DNA of 64,000 nucleotides from Eledone cirrhosa (Eukaryota): positions 36,952,001 through 37,016,000 of the forward strand of contig OZ024744.1 of the NCBI GenBank assembly GCA_964016885.1, written 5' to 3'. The notes beneath the pieces are model-generated. The model made no database searches and was not told the DNA's origin. It saw nothing but the letters and a program-made list of their open reading frames with translations. A program made the translations under genes and the position numbers. Positions 40,737-55,302 of the stretch are shown here, piece by piece; the stretch's first letter is position 1, and each line of letters starts with the position of its first letter.

Positions 40737-42865
40737 ATAAACGTTTGAATATGTGTAATAAGGCCAAAACAATGCAGGTATGGACATAGAAAAAAGAATG
40801 CAATAGTAAAAGGTATTGTTGAGAATTTGTCTTTCACCTTGAATTTATTTAAATGTCCTTAATTTTCGAGATAATATCTTTTCTTCGGAGGGAAGTAAAG
40901 GTCTCAAACCAGCGTCTTAAATCTCTAGCCAAGCCATGCTGACCGGAAATAGTATAGAGTATCTGTTCTAACTCTAATATCAAAGAATTAAAATTAGGTG
41001 GATAAAGAGTAGTCACCCTTTAAGAGGGGTTTGTTTAGGGGTTTTTTTTTTTGGGGGGGGGGGGGGTTATTTTATATACGTGCCTGTATATGTGTGTGGG
41101 AGAATGCTGTCGATTTATTGACGGACTGCGTGGTCGCAGAGAACATCCACTGCTACGGCCTCCACCCGACGGACATACACCAGCTTTTGTCCTTCACAGT
41201 AGACAACACGTACTTCACCTTCCAACACCACACATACAGACAGACAACAGGATTACCCATGGGATCCAGCCTTTCGGGCCTGCTGGCCATCACCTACATG
41301 ATCCAGCTAGAATGCCGAGCCCTCAACACCTGCCATTCCCATGCCTTCTTCACCCGATATGTAGATGACATACTCATCCTTACATCATCCCGTGAGGAGG
41401 CAGAGAAAATATACACAACATTCTCCAGCATGGACGCCAGTATAAAGTTCAGCATGGAACACCCCGATGACCGCGGATCCCTATCCCTACTGGACTTCCA
41501 ACTAAGGGTAACAGAGGAAGGCAACATCCACACCTGCTTCTATAAAAATGCCGCCAGCAGGGACCTGTTCGTACATTTCAGATCGGCCCTCCCACTCGGT
41601 GCCAAGTTCGGATACATAAAGAACGAACTGGCACGTATCAAGAACAAATGCACCGACGCCAGAGACCGAGACACACACACCACACATTTCCTGGAAGTAC
41701 TCAAACTGAACGGATACACGACATCCACCACAAACCGTGCCAGAAAGAACAGAGGACACCACACCCGAGGCACTAACACTTGCTTCCTGAAGCTCCCACA
41801 CTTCAGTGAAGAAACAACAACAGCCATCCGCAGAGCCATCAGACGAGAGGGACTGGATATCCAACTGGCCCACTCGGGTCCTTCTCTGCGCGGACGGCTG
41901 GCCAAGAGACACTCCACCAGACATGACAACTGCTGCAGACTAGCCAACTACCCCATCAACGACACAGACCTATGCCACCAGGCTTACGTAGTATACAGAC
42001 TAGAGTGTGACAAATGCAACAACTTCTACGTAGGTAGCACCACCAGACCACTCCACATAAGAATAAATGAACAGCTCAATACTAACGCTTCCTCATTTAA
42101 GAAACACCTAGTTAAATGCAAAAACACCGATAAAAACATAACAGTTAGGATAAAAACTAAGGAAAGAAACCTCGGCAATCTTAGAAATAAGGAAGCACTT
42201 ATTATAGATAAAACACATCCTCCAATCAATAATAGCTCAACACCCAATTTATAACCTGATAGGGCCTCTAGCCCCATATTTACACACCCCACACACACGC
42301 ACGCGCACACACACACGCTTACACCTCCACTTATTCTCTCTCACACATACACACACAAAACCAGTTCTAACACCAGATAACACCTACCCCCCACTTTTAC
42401 GATTAGACCTTTCTTCCCACACTCACACACACACACACCCACATACCTACACCTTCATGCATTCTCCCACACACATATACAGGCTCGTATATAAAATAAC
42501 CCCCCCCCCCCCAAAAAAAAACCCCTAAACAAACCCCTCTTAAAGGGTGACTACTCTTTATCCACCTAATTTTAATTCTTTGATATTAGAGTTAGAACAG
42601 ATACTCTATACTATTTCCGGTCAGCATGGCTTGGCTAGAGATTTAAGACGCTGGTTTGAGACCTTTACTTCGCTCCGAAGAAGAGATATTATCTCGAAAA
42701 TTAAGGACATTTAAATAAATTCAAGGTGAAAGACAAATTCTCAACAATATCTTTTACTATTGCATTCTTTTTTCTATGTCCATACCTGCATTGTTTTGGC
42801 CTTATTACACATATTCAAACGTTTATACCTCATTACACAATGCTTCAAGTGAACTATAACCTCCT

Positions 42866-42868
<3 letters not shown>
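40737..42868 (+). mobile_element. 5'-truncated PLE (Penelope/Poseidon-like; RT-GIY-YIG ~41105-42254) with ~370 bp inverted termini
   Basis: GLPMGSSLS, RYVDD, LLDF and VVY..CDKC..YVGST. 40737-41107 inverts 42459-42826. A variant HHR lies at 42672-42706. Confidence 0.9.
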
Positions 42869-42909
<41 letters not shown>

Positions 42910-42913
<4 letters not shown>

Positions 42914-45285
42914 GAAATAACAGTAGGCTGGACTGGTGTAAATCCTTGAAAGGTTTATTATACTATGATCATTTCAATGACCGAGTTCCATATGAATCCG
43001 GTGATATCATCAGGTATTGGAATATAACAAAGGAATATGTAAAAAGCCATGGGTCCGAAAAACCATAGGTCCGGGAAACCAGAGACAGAAAGGGCGGCTG
43101 TCCAACTAGCTTCACAGCCAGCCGCCCTCAAACTGTTGGCAACCGAAAACTATCAGTGAATATCTGGTAAGGGGGCGCAAGCCTATCATATACTACCACC
43201 ACTCCGTCAAAGAAGAAGGGGAAGAAAGAAAGGGAGAAAGAAGTGTAGTGTAAGGGTCAAACTACATTCATGAAAATGCCGCGAAAAAAATGCTACCCAA
43301 AGAATATATAGTGGGTGTCTGTATGGTCTAATGTGTGAACCGAAGATTGAAACGCTAAACTTATGTTGCGAGTATACGGAATGACCAGTTCTATCCAGTG
43401 GTGAACCAACAAACCTTAAGAAATAATGCTCCTATAATGTTGAGCACTTTAATATGTAATATTGAACAGCGGCACTGCCTTCAGTGTACAGCTATTACCA
43501 GCATGGGATTAACTGATCTACTTGCCATTCGGATTTTGGCTGCTCTGCGCCTTGTCTACCGCCACCTGATACCACTTCCTTGTCGGGATGATTCCGATTC
43601 CGACAAAACTCTACGTATTATACTAAAACTTGTATTGTATTGACTGAATTCTCTACTCTATACCTCAGGACTGTTTGTGACTCGCACTAAATTCGGAACC
43701 CGAACTTTACACTAGGTACAATCTGTTACCATTCCATCTCCTCCATCCTCTATATCTGTATCTATATGTACAACTTATATTATCTTACTACAACTTGATC
43801 TATATTGACTCTTATTTACCTTTATTAATTTTTTTACTATCTCATTAATGTATATTTTATTACTTTATTATTTTCTATTATTTTATTAATGTATTTTTAT
43901 CAATGTATTGGTATTTTTTTGTAACTTTTTCCTTACTCAGGTCATTATGCACCTTCATAGCCCCCTACCCACCTAAGAACAACACTACCTATAACCCGGA
44001 CTAACTGGGACTTTAAAATAATTAAAAATAACTTTGATCTATTTGCACTTTTCATTGTTTGACTTGTGTGGTGGTTTTTTCCCGGCTGCGCGCAGGACAC
44101 TCGGAAAGTTCACCCTTCCTTGAGTGCTCGGAAAAATAAATTTCTCCTCTTTCGGTAAATGAAATTAGTCGGAGTGGCTTGCTCTGCCCCAGTCCCACCG
44201 CGCCGCCTGTTTTGGCCTCCTAATTATACGTGTACCTACAAACTCCAGGTTTGGGCACAACTATTAACTGTATCATGCCTCTATTGAGACGTAAACAAAC
44301 CCCTAATATGTGATTTAATAGTATTCGTGGTATAGACGATGGCTTGTCGAAATTGTGGGGTTCCCGCTAGCGATCCCGGTGTCAAAGTTAGTTACGTTCC
44401 TAGAGTACTCAGAAAAATTAATTTCCATTTCTTTCGCTGGACGATACCACTCGAGACTGGCTGACTCTTGGTGGTGGGTGTGCTGGCTGGGACTCCCAAT
44501 CGAAATCTTTACTTTATATCCCATCATAATATCTTATCGAGTTAAATAATAAAAAAGATTTTCATAAAAGACTCTCTCCGTAAGTTCGTTAAATAAATAA
44601 ATCTCGCTACCTCTATTTTTCAATTTACCATTTTGCAATATAATATTTTTAATTTAATTTATTTCATCCTAAAACTCGCAACATAAGTTTAGCGTTCCAA
44701 TCTTCGGTGCACACATTAGACCATACAGACACCCACTATAGATTCTTTGGGTAGCATTTTTTTCGCGGCATTTTCTAACATGAATGTAGTTTGACCCTTA
44801 CACTACACTTCTTCTCCCTTTCTTTCTTCCCCTTCTTCTTTGACGGAGTGGTGGTAGTATATGATAGGCCTGCGTCCCCTTACCAGATATTCACTGGTAG
44901 GTTTCGGTTGCCAACAGTTTGAGGGCGGCTGGCTGTGAAGCTAGTTGGTCAGCCGCCCTTTCTGTCTCTGGTTTCCCAGACCTATGGTTTTTCGGACCCT
45001 AGGCTTTTTACATATTCCTTTGTTATATTCCAATACCTGATGATATCATCGGATTCAAATGGAACCCGGTCATTGAAATGATCATAGTATAATAAACCTT
45101 TCAAGGATTTACACCAGTCCAGCCTCCTGTTATTTCATTTATAATTAACTCCTTATTCGCACCACCAACTACACAAACGAAGATGGGTGAACTGCACTGC
45201 GTTGAGTACTCTTCACAATATTACACCAGGATTGACCATATGGAATGACCAGTTCTATCCAGTGGTGAACCAACAAACCTTAAGA
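42910..45285 (+). mobile_element. ORF-less PLE-architecture element: inverted pLTR, short direct repeat, 1.25 kb core, 3' pLTR; HHRs at 42960-43017 (-) and 45033-45090 (+)
   Basis: 42910-43372 inverts 44675-45142, and 43378-43421 repeats at 45242-45285. HHR reads ATAC-CTGATGA..GAAA-TGATCA-TA-GTAT. Confidence 0.8.
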
Positions 45286-45639
45286 TATATATATATATAT
45301 ATATAGTAATAATAATAAATTTGAAGACTAAACTCCAGAGAGGGCTCGATAAAGATAAATATATATCAAATATACCGTAGAGCAGGGTCGGCCTATAATT
45401 TAGCGGCTATTATCGCCATCGGTGGTCTATTTATCTTCCGTGTCGTCCCGTCTAATAAATGTGATGACTAAAATCAAAGAGAGCTCGTTTTGTTTCAGAA
45501 GATCCCGTAAAAGGGTGAAAGCAGCGATTCTTTGCTTAAACTTTAATCTGTACATATAATAAATATACATCCATCCATCCATCCATCCATACATACATAC
45601 ATATGCACACGCACCCGCACGCACACACGCGCACACACT

Positions 45640-45691
<52 letters not shown>

Positions 45692-46049
45692 CACATATAC
45701 ATATATATGTGTGTGTGAGAATTTTGTATATCTAAAGAAATACGGTATGTTTATAGATAAACATTCTGAAAGTACAATTCTATTTTAATTTTACCCAACT
45801 TATACAAATGAGATTAATCACCTCATTTACACAGACGAAAAAAACTATATATTTTCGCCTGTTTCAAAATCCGACAGTGGCAAGAGTGGGAAACACCGTC
45901 CTGACGAGAAACATTTCACTGTTATATTCATAGCTATTGCTTTCAGAATGTTTATTTATTTAACATACCGTACTTCTTTAAATATATGAAATGCACATAC
46001 ATATTTGTATGCAGCTATGTTCGAAGTTAAATTCTAATTATACACGCGC

Positions 46050-46082
<33 letters not shown>

Positions 46083-46156
46083 ACACACACACATACACAC
46101 AAACAGACACACACACACACAAACACACACACATATATATATATATAAAATAAAAC

Positions 46157-46596
46157 AGAAAATCAGTGATGCATCTGGACTCAATTTATTGTGTGTTACA
46201 ATTGTTTACTCGGTGGACAGCTCGAGACACGATCATTGTGTGGATCTGTCTGATTCTGGAACTGTAGGTTCGTCGGACACTTCCAATAACTTCGGAACAA
46301 ATATTCTCACTTTTATTTTTCTATTTACTTATTTATTCATTTATTTATATGTGTGTATGCACGCTTGCATGAAGTGTATGGATGTATGTATTTGGTTACA
46401 TTGTTTATACTCATGCATGTATAACAGGATGCCTCCTTTGATGGATGACCCTATATGTCCTTTTGTGCAGATTTATATGACTGTGTGCATATCACATTTG
46501 AGTACGGACAGAGATATGTGTGTGCGTATATGTATCTTTGAAGATGTACGTGGGCACGGAGGAATTTGGGCTCGTGTTTGTTTGAATGTATATGAG

Positions 46597-46633
<37 letters not shown>

Positions 46634-47190
46634 GTTTTACACACACACACACACACACAGGCTCATATACATTCAAACAAACACGAGCCCAAATTCCTCC
46701 GTGCCCACGTACATCTTCAAAGATACATATACGCACACACATATCTCTGTCCGTACTCAAATGTGATATGCACACAGTCATATAAATCTGCACAAAAGGA
46801 CATATAGGGTCATCCATCAAAGGAGGCATCCTGTTATACATGCATGAGTATAAACAATGTAACCAAATACATACATCCATACACTTCATGCAAGCGTGCA
46901 TACACACATATAAATAAATGAATAAATAAGTAAATAGAAAAATAAAAGTGAGAATATTTGTTCCGAAGTTATTGGAAGTGTCCGACGAACCTACAGTTCC
47001 AGAATCAGACAGATCCACACAATGATCGTGTCTCGAGCTGTCTGCCGGCGAAACAATTTTAACACACAATAAATTGAGTCCAGATGCATCACTGATTTTT
47101 CGTTTTATATGATATCACACTCTGCTCTGTAAGAACATAGAGTGCTTAACTGGCATACCGCCTATGGAAGCATCTTAGCTACCATTGAAC
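46157..47190 (+). repeat. ~950 bp near-perfect palindrome (centre ~46637 at (GT)n/(AC)n); variant HHR at 46978-47065; mini fold-back copy at 48629-48735
   Basis: Arms are reverse complements. HHR reads GTGT-CCGACGA-ACC..GGC-GAAA-CAATT(G/T)-TA-ACAC. Confidence 0.85.
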
Positions 47191-47248
47191 AGACACACAC
47201 GCACAGACACACACACACACAGACACACACACACGCACACACACGCAA

Positions 47249-47281
<33 letters not shown>

Positions 47282-47310
47282 CACGCAAACACACACACAC
47301 ACACACACAC

Positions 47311-47356
<46 letters not shown>

Positions 47357-47471
47357 CCGACGGCTGAGCTCCGGCCGTTTCGACAGCTATCCGAACTGAC
47401 TCTTTTCCTATTACACACTCTACTACTCTGGTGCGTTATGGTCCAGTTGGTTCCTTACCACACTTTCTTTG

Positions 47472-47561
<90 letters not shown>

Positions 47562-47569
47562 GTATATAT

Positions 47570-48580
<1,011 letters not shown>

Positions 48581-48751
48581 ATATATATATATATATATAT
48601 ATATTTTTATTTATAATATAAAACGAATAGTCAGTGATGCATCTGGACTCAATTTATTGTGTTACAATTGTTTCGCCGGCAGACAGCTCGAGACACGATC
48701 ACCGCCTATGGAAGCATCATAGCTACCATCAAACACGCACACGCACACACA

Positions 48752-48823
<72 letters not shown>

Positions 48824-48828
<5 letters not shown>

Positions 48829-49440
48829 ACAGGGAGAAAGAGACGATTATTAGGAAGAAAAATTTTTTTTTTTTTCTTTTTTGTTTCTCTCTCTCTTTTT
48901 TCTGGGTTAGAAAATGATTAAAACGAAATGTTTTACTTTGTGTGAACTGTTAAGGTATTAGTTGATTAATTTATTATTTAACAATGGCATTTATTTATCT
49001 ATTTATATATTTAATTATTGTCTATTACCGGTTTCACCATTTTTATGCACTATCAAATGATAGTGAAATGTATTAGTGTGGTGTCGCACATGTTAAACAG
49101 AAGGTGCAGAAAGAATAATGTTATTTACAAACAAGGTTTATGAAGTGAAAAGAAAAAAGAAAAATGAAAAAAAAGCGTGCATAATGTGGAACGTAAAAAG
49201 TCAATGTGGAAGAAAAAATAATGTTATTTACAGGCATAGTTCTTGAAGTTAAGCAGATCAAAATGTATTAATATAGCAAGAGTGCTTAGTTGAACCATGG
49301 TTCCATGAAGGAGGCAAATGGTGGACTGAGGTTTGATATGATTTCCCTTTTTAGAGAGTTAATATGCAGGGGGAAGCACTTCTTGGTGGATGATATTTAA
49401 TTTATTTAAGAAAAAGGGTTAGGTAGGGTGTGAGGGAGGT
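48824..49440 (-). mobile_element. Solo 3' UTR/pLTR of the PLE family at 1-4853
   Basis: Reverse complement of ~4240-4853. Confidence 0.85.
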
Positions 49441-49524
49441 AACTCTTGTAAATATTTGATTGTTTGTTGCAGTTTTAGATTGGTCCGATTTATATATATA
49501 TATATATATATATACATACACACA

Positions 49525-49592
<68 letters not shown>

Positions 49593-49773
49593 TGGTGTTG
49601 TAGTTAGCCTGAATCTTTGTGGAATAAGAAATACAAATGTAAATAAGTATAAATATTTGGAAGCTCGACAATACGTGCTAGATTAAATGTGCTAAAGTAA
49701 TAGGAATTATAGAGAATAAAAGGACTGAGAAAAGAGTGAGAACGGTTGAATTTTACCTTAGCAATTTTATTGA

Positions 49774-49812
49774 TCTCAAATATTTTCGGATTTACACTCC
49801 ATTATCAAGAGA
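49774..49812 (-). ncRNA. Hammerhead motif, U3-A8 variant
   Basis: TCTC-TTGATAA-T-GGA gtgtaaa TCC-GAAA-ATAT-TT-GAGA. Confidence 0.55.
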
Positions 49813-50521
49813 GAATCCATGTGTAGCTATTTAAAGAGCCATCAGAGAAGAGTTGTTGTTGACTGGTAGATTACATTTCAATTAAATCTGTATGTATACA
49901 TAAAATTGTAAATATATATTTTTTAACCTTTGTTTTAACCTTTCTTTTAATTCACTTTATTTCATTTTCTTTCTTATTTTCATATATATTGTATATAATT
50001 TCGTGAGTTTTAAATGGAATAATAATATTGCCACTCTTTTGTCATAGCGGTGACAGAGAGAAACATAGCGTAATGACACTGTTTGCTTGCAAACGAATAG
50101 TATATAATCATTATTTGATATAAAAGTCACGAATATATTTCACGTATCCTCTAGGTTAGAGCGAAAAATCAAATTCTAATGTTATATATAATTATTTTAC
50201 TTTATATCATAATTTCATAACTCTGATATAATACTAGTCCTGTGATTGCTAAAGGTACACCTAATAGGGAGTCACCACAATCAGTAATCTCTGACTCAAA
50301 GTGTAGACTAGACTTTTTAGCTTGGTTACGGCAACTAATCTATGAGATGGTAAGCTCGAAAATATAAACTACGGTCTTTGAAGTTTTTTTTCATGTCATT
50401 CCGTATGCCACACTAATGGAATCTTCTGGAGTGAAGAAGTTGGGGGTAGTTCTGTGAAAGCTATGTCCACTCAAAGTATGTTCAAGTATACAGATACTTC
50501 TTGTACACTACAATCTCCCTC

Positions 50522-50570
<49 letters not shown>

Positions 50571-50659
50571 CGGAATAAAAGAAAGAAAATAGGCGAACGC
50601 AGGAGTAAATATTACAAATATTATTAGTTTCACGCTTGGCGAAAATGGGGTGTGTGGTT

Positions 50660-50692
50660 ACGACGTTTCGGGCATAAGCCCTTCATGAGGAG
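50660..50692 (-). ncRNA. Degenerate minimal hammerhead in a short (TA)n-flanked relic (50568-50722)
   Basis: CTCATGA-A-GGGC ttat GCCC-GAAA-CG-TC, with G5 mutated and poor stem I. Confidence 0.5.
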
Positions 50693-50720
50693 AATGGGTA
50701 GGGACGAACTCTGAGAAGGA

Positions 50721-50757
<37 letters not shown>

Positions 50758-51153
50758 AACAAAACCTCTTTTATACTTTAATAACCCAGTTATTGATTTG
50801 CTATATTTAGTTTTTCCGATTCGTCTCTAATTTCCTCTCTATCCAGCACACTCTTTTTTTTCTCTTCCCCCTTCCTCACATTTACACGACTGACAAACAC
50901 ACAGAACCAATAAGATACGCGCAGACAGATGCTTACGCCCGCCCATACACACTCACTAACCCCTCCACCCACACACATACTTTGTCTTTGACTGTGTCTT
51001 TCATCATATTCTTATATGCCGTCAGGTATTTCTTTTCATTTCCCCAAAACAGTATGGATTACACATAAAGAAAAATGAAACAACGATTATAACAATAACA
51101 ACGAAAGCAATATATATCCTACCTTATAAATACAAAATAAAATAATAATAACA

Positions 51154-51184
<31 letters not shown>

Positions 51185-51334
51185 TATATATATATAAGGA
51201 ACAAACCAAACAACAAAGCTAATAAAAAATAAAGTAGAATTGTAAAGCAAAAAATAAAATGAAAATAAATTTAATACAAGATAAATATATATATATATGC
51301 TTATATATATATATATATATATATAGATATATAC

Positions 51335-51437
<103 letters not shown>

Positions 51438-51448
51438 TAGATATACAC

Positions 51449-51505
<57 letters not shown>

Positions 51506-51533
51506 TATAGATATAGATATATACACATACACA

Positions 51534-51582
<49 letters not shown>

Positions 51583-51944
51583 TCACATTATTTTCCTTAC
51601 TTTTTTTTCTCTATTGTAATCGCTTTGATTGAGAAGAAAATAATGATAATAATAATGAACGGAAATTAAATAGGGGGAGTTTACTTTTGTCAACAGAGAG
51701 ATACGTTATCGGTTAGACAGTAGCATAGTAACATTATACTTAATAGTCTTTAAAATAAGGAGAAGTTATATATCAAAAAGAGTCCGGGTTATTCAATAGA
51801 TAGGGCAAAAACAATATAATTGTATGTAACAAAGACAAAACATTACCATAAACATGTAAATTGTCTTCGGGAGAATAATTCTAATTTCTCTAAAATATCT
51901 CCCTTTTTTTATACGCGACGCAAACAATTAGCACTAGGATTTTT

Positions 51945-52455
51945 TTTCCATTCTCTGACTTCTTGTCGTGTCCACAAGAGTGTCAGTTACAAAACTTGGC
52001 TAGATGTGATTTCGCCACAGCTGAACATATTGCTGTCCTTTCTCATTAAACTCTGCCAAGTCCAATGTTGTGCAGGGGTGTTCCACCAGGGGGAATAGCA
52101 GGAGGTGCTGCGAAGTCTGTGGTTCGATGCTACAGTCACAAACAATGTCCCCATGCTTTAAATAGCCCCATTTTGCAAGATTGACCTTTGCACGTCCAAC
52201 ACCAGATCTTAGTCTGTTTACGCAATTCCACACTGCAAAGTTTGTATCTGCTCCGGGGGGCAGTGCCTCGCTCGCCTTTAGCTCCATTGTTGTTACTGAT
52301 GGGAGGTTAAGTTTTTCTTGTCAGCGAGTGACTACTTTAGTTTGATGTTCCCGAGGGGCATGATGCTCCTTAGGAATTTTTTCCTGGATTTAAAGCGGCT
52401 TTTGGCAAGCACATAGCCGAAGAGAGGATGTTTTTGATCTGTAGTCTGTTGTTGA
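51945..52455 (-). mobile_element. 3' fragment of an Ingi/Vingi-like LINE
   Basis: HPLFG..W.CVNRLRSGVGR..KWGY..CDC..QT..HLL zinc-knuckle-type C-terminus. Confidence 0.65.
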
Positions 52456-52860
52456 CACTGACCAATAAATTTCAAATCATTAAGAATGGTTTGTGTACGT
52501 CAATATGTAAACTATCCTTCAATTTCTTTATCCAAATTCAAGCCATTAGTTTATTTGAATAATTCGTCTAAGCTCATTTCTCTTTTAATTTGACCATTAC
52601 TGATACTGGCCAGAACGTTTCCTGTACCTCTTGCTCCGTATGTAAAAATCTTTCTCAACTAACGATTTGAATAGGCTTTATAAGATACTGAAGAGTTGTA
52701 ATATATCAAAACATGTTCATAATTGTTCCCTGCCTACAAAAATATAGCTCAGACTTTCCCTAACTATGTAAGTTAACTTTCAGAGATTATCGTATTTGAC
52801 GGCTTATAAGACCTATGGGTTTATATGACACACCTAAATTTGGGCAGGCATTAATATATA

Positions 52861-54325
52861 CAAGGTGCGGACGATATTTGAGGACATATGTATTTCAGTC
52901 ATTATTTTATTTGACTAAGGGCGGTGGATTGGCAGTATCGGAGAGGGTCGGACGCCATGCTTTCCAGCATATTTACGTCCCTTTACGATCTGAGTTCAAA
53001 TCCCGCCGAAGTTGACTTTGTCTTTCATCCTTACGGGGTCGATAAAATAAAGTACCAGTAATGCACTGAGTAATTTGCTCGCCTTGTGCCTAAAGTAGAA
53101 ACAATTATTTTAATTGACTAATTTTTATTGAGCTTCCATTTCAGAAAATAACAATGAAAATAACTATGCTTGCTAATGAAATGAAAAGGCATGCTATGAT
53201 TGTAGCTTTGAAGGCTTAGCATGGTGATTTAGAAATTTCTCGTTTTCTGAAAGTTACAAGATCTTTTGTCCACAAGATTCGGTGTGAGTTAGAGAAAGAA
53301 GATGGAAGCGTATTACCTGTATCAAAACGTAAAAAAATTTTCAAACACTTTTATCCTATCAGGACACGTGAATTTATTCAGGAAGTTAAGCAAAATCATT
53401 GATGACAATCCATGAAAATCAATGAGGTCAACTGCAAAACATTTTGGTGTGTCAAAAAACAATCAGAAATGTTGTGCACGAAGACATCAGATACAAATTT
53501 TACGTGATGAGGGGAGGTCAATTTATGTCAGAAAAAAACAAAAGAAAAGCGTTTAATCAAATTCCAAAAGAATTTTAAACAAACTTAAAAATCCATCAAA
53601 AGATGGTGTGATTTGGTTTTTCTCAAATGAGAAAAACATTGACCAGGACCAGTAGACTAACAGAAGAAATGACAGGTGACTATGTGCAGACCCTTCTGAG
53701 GTCCTAAGAGTAATTCACACAAAATTTTGTGCAAGGGTCATGATTTTGTGTGTTGTTAGCAATGAAGGATATGTGATGCCTCCTCACTTTTTTCCACAAG
53801 GGCTTAGGTTGAATGCTGCTGCATATATTGAGGTTCTGGATAAAGTTGTTAAGCCTTGAATCAACAGTGTATGCAATGGAAGGCCTTATGTCTTTCAACA
53901 AGATTCTGCACTACCATACAAGGCTCAATTGACACAAGAATGGATAGCTGACAATTTCTATGATCACATCACCACCAACATTTGGTCTCCTAATTCTCCA
54001 GATCTCAATCCATTGGACTACTATGTATGGAGCATCGTTGAGAAAAATGTCAATGAACACCCCATAGCACCAATGATTCTTTGAAAGCCGCCATAATTCG
54101 AGTCATGTCCGATATGAACAAGGACCACTTAATCCGAGCTTGTAAAGGATTTCGACCCCGTGTAGAGGTAGTTATTGATGCTTATGGTGGTTTTATTGAA
54201 TGCAATTATTAAATTGATAATTTAGCTTTATGTTTATGTTATTTTTATAAGAATAGTTTTTTTCTGTTATTATATAAGCGTTTTTTTTAACCATAAATCT
54301 ATCCTCAAAAACCGTACGCATCCTG
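52861..54325 (+). mobile_element. Tc1/mariner DD37D (maT-type) transposon; degenerate transposase ~53180-54200
   Basis: TA-flanked imperfect TIRs (CAAGGTGCGGACGATATTTGAGGA and TCCTCAAAAACCGTACGCATCCTG). Motifs WFFSNEK and FQQDSA..SPDLNPLDY, with 37 residues between the last two Asp. Confidence 0.9.
52919..53103 (+). mobile_element. SINE nested in the maT element with an 18-bp TSD
   Basis: ATTATTTTA(T/A)TTGACTAA at 52901-52918 and 53104-53121. Confidence 0.88.
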
Positions 54326-54413
54326 TATATACTGTTCTGGTGACAAATCATCATCCGTTTGTTCAACACTGGCATTGAGGAACAATAAACATGTTTCTGC
54401 GTTGTTACCCTTC

Positions 54414-54503
<90 letters not shown>

Positions 54504-54522
54504 GTGTGTGTGTGAGAGAGAT

Positions 54523-54593
<71 letters not shown>

Positions 54594-55037
54594 GAGTACC
54601 GGGTTCAATCAGGGGTAACCACAGTAAGTAAGTTACTCATTACTTTATTAGAATGTATACAACAAATGTAACATAGAAATGGCTTCTACGGGAATAGAAC
54701 TGTTTCACAGTTCTAGTCCTGCAGAAACCATTTCTATGTTAAATTTATATATACGGTATATATATATACACGCACACATGTATATATATATATATATATG
54801 CATATATATACTATAGAGTAAAGCATGTCCAGAGAATTATTTGATAATATATATATACATCATCTCTACTCCCAATCACCATAATTAACCACACAAAAAA
54901 TCAATTAGACCAGGCTATAATAATAAAAGGCGAAGAAACAGTAAATATATACCCCATCGTGGCGTCTTCGCGTGCAACCGCTATAGAATATTATATATAT
55001 ATATACATGTGTGTGTATATATATACCGAATATATAA

Positions 55038-55118
<81 letters not shown>

Positions 55119-55266
55119 TATATATATATTAGAAAGTGAGGTTTTTTTTACAAAATGAAAAATAACCGAGGTGTCCTACACGAGTGAAAGTATAAAGAAA
55201 AAAAGATGAAATCGAAAATGCAACTGGAGTCTTATTTAAAAAAATATATATATATTTATTTGGTTC

Positions 55267-55302
55267 CTTTACCGGTTTCGCAGTTCTTCTGCTTTTCAAA
55301 AG
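55267..55302 (-). ncRNA. Hammerhead ribozyme, U3-A8 variant
   Basis: CTT-TTGAAAA-GCAG aagaa CTGC-GAAA-CCGG-TA-AAG. Confidence 0.65.

Noticed and set aside
45991-47069. 264-aa and 198-aa ORFs with identical peptides on opposite strands
   Set aside because: A consequence of the palindrome, with no recognisable protein motifs.
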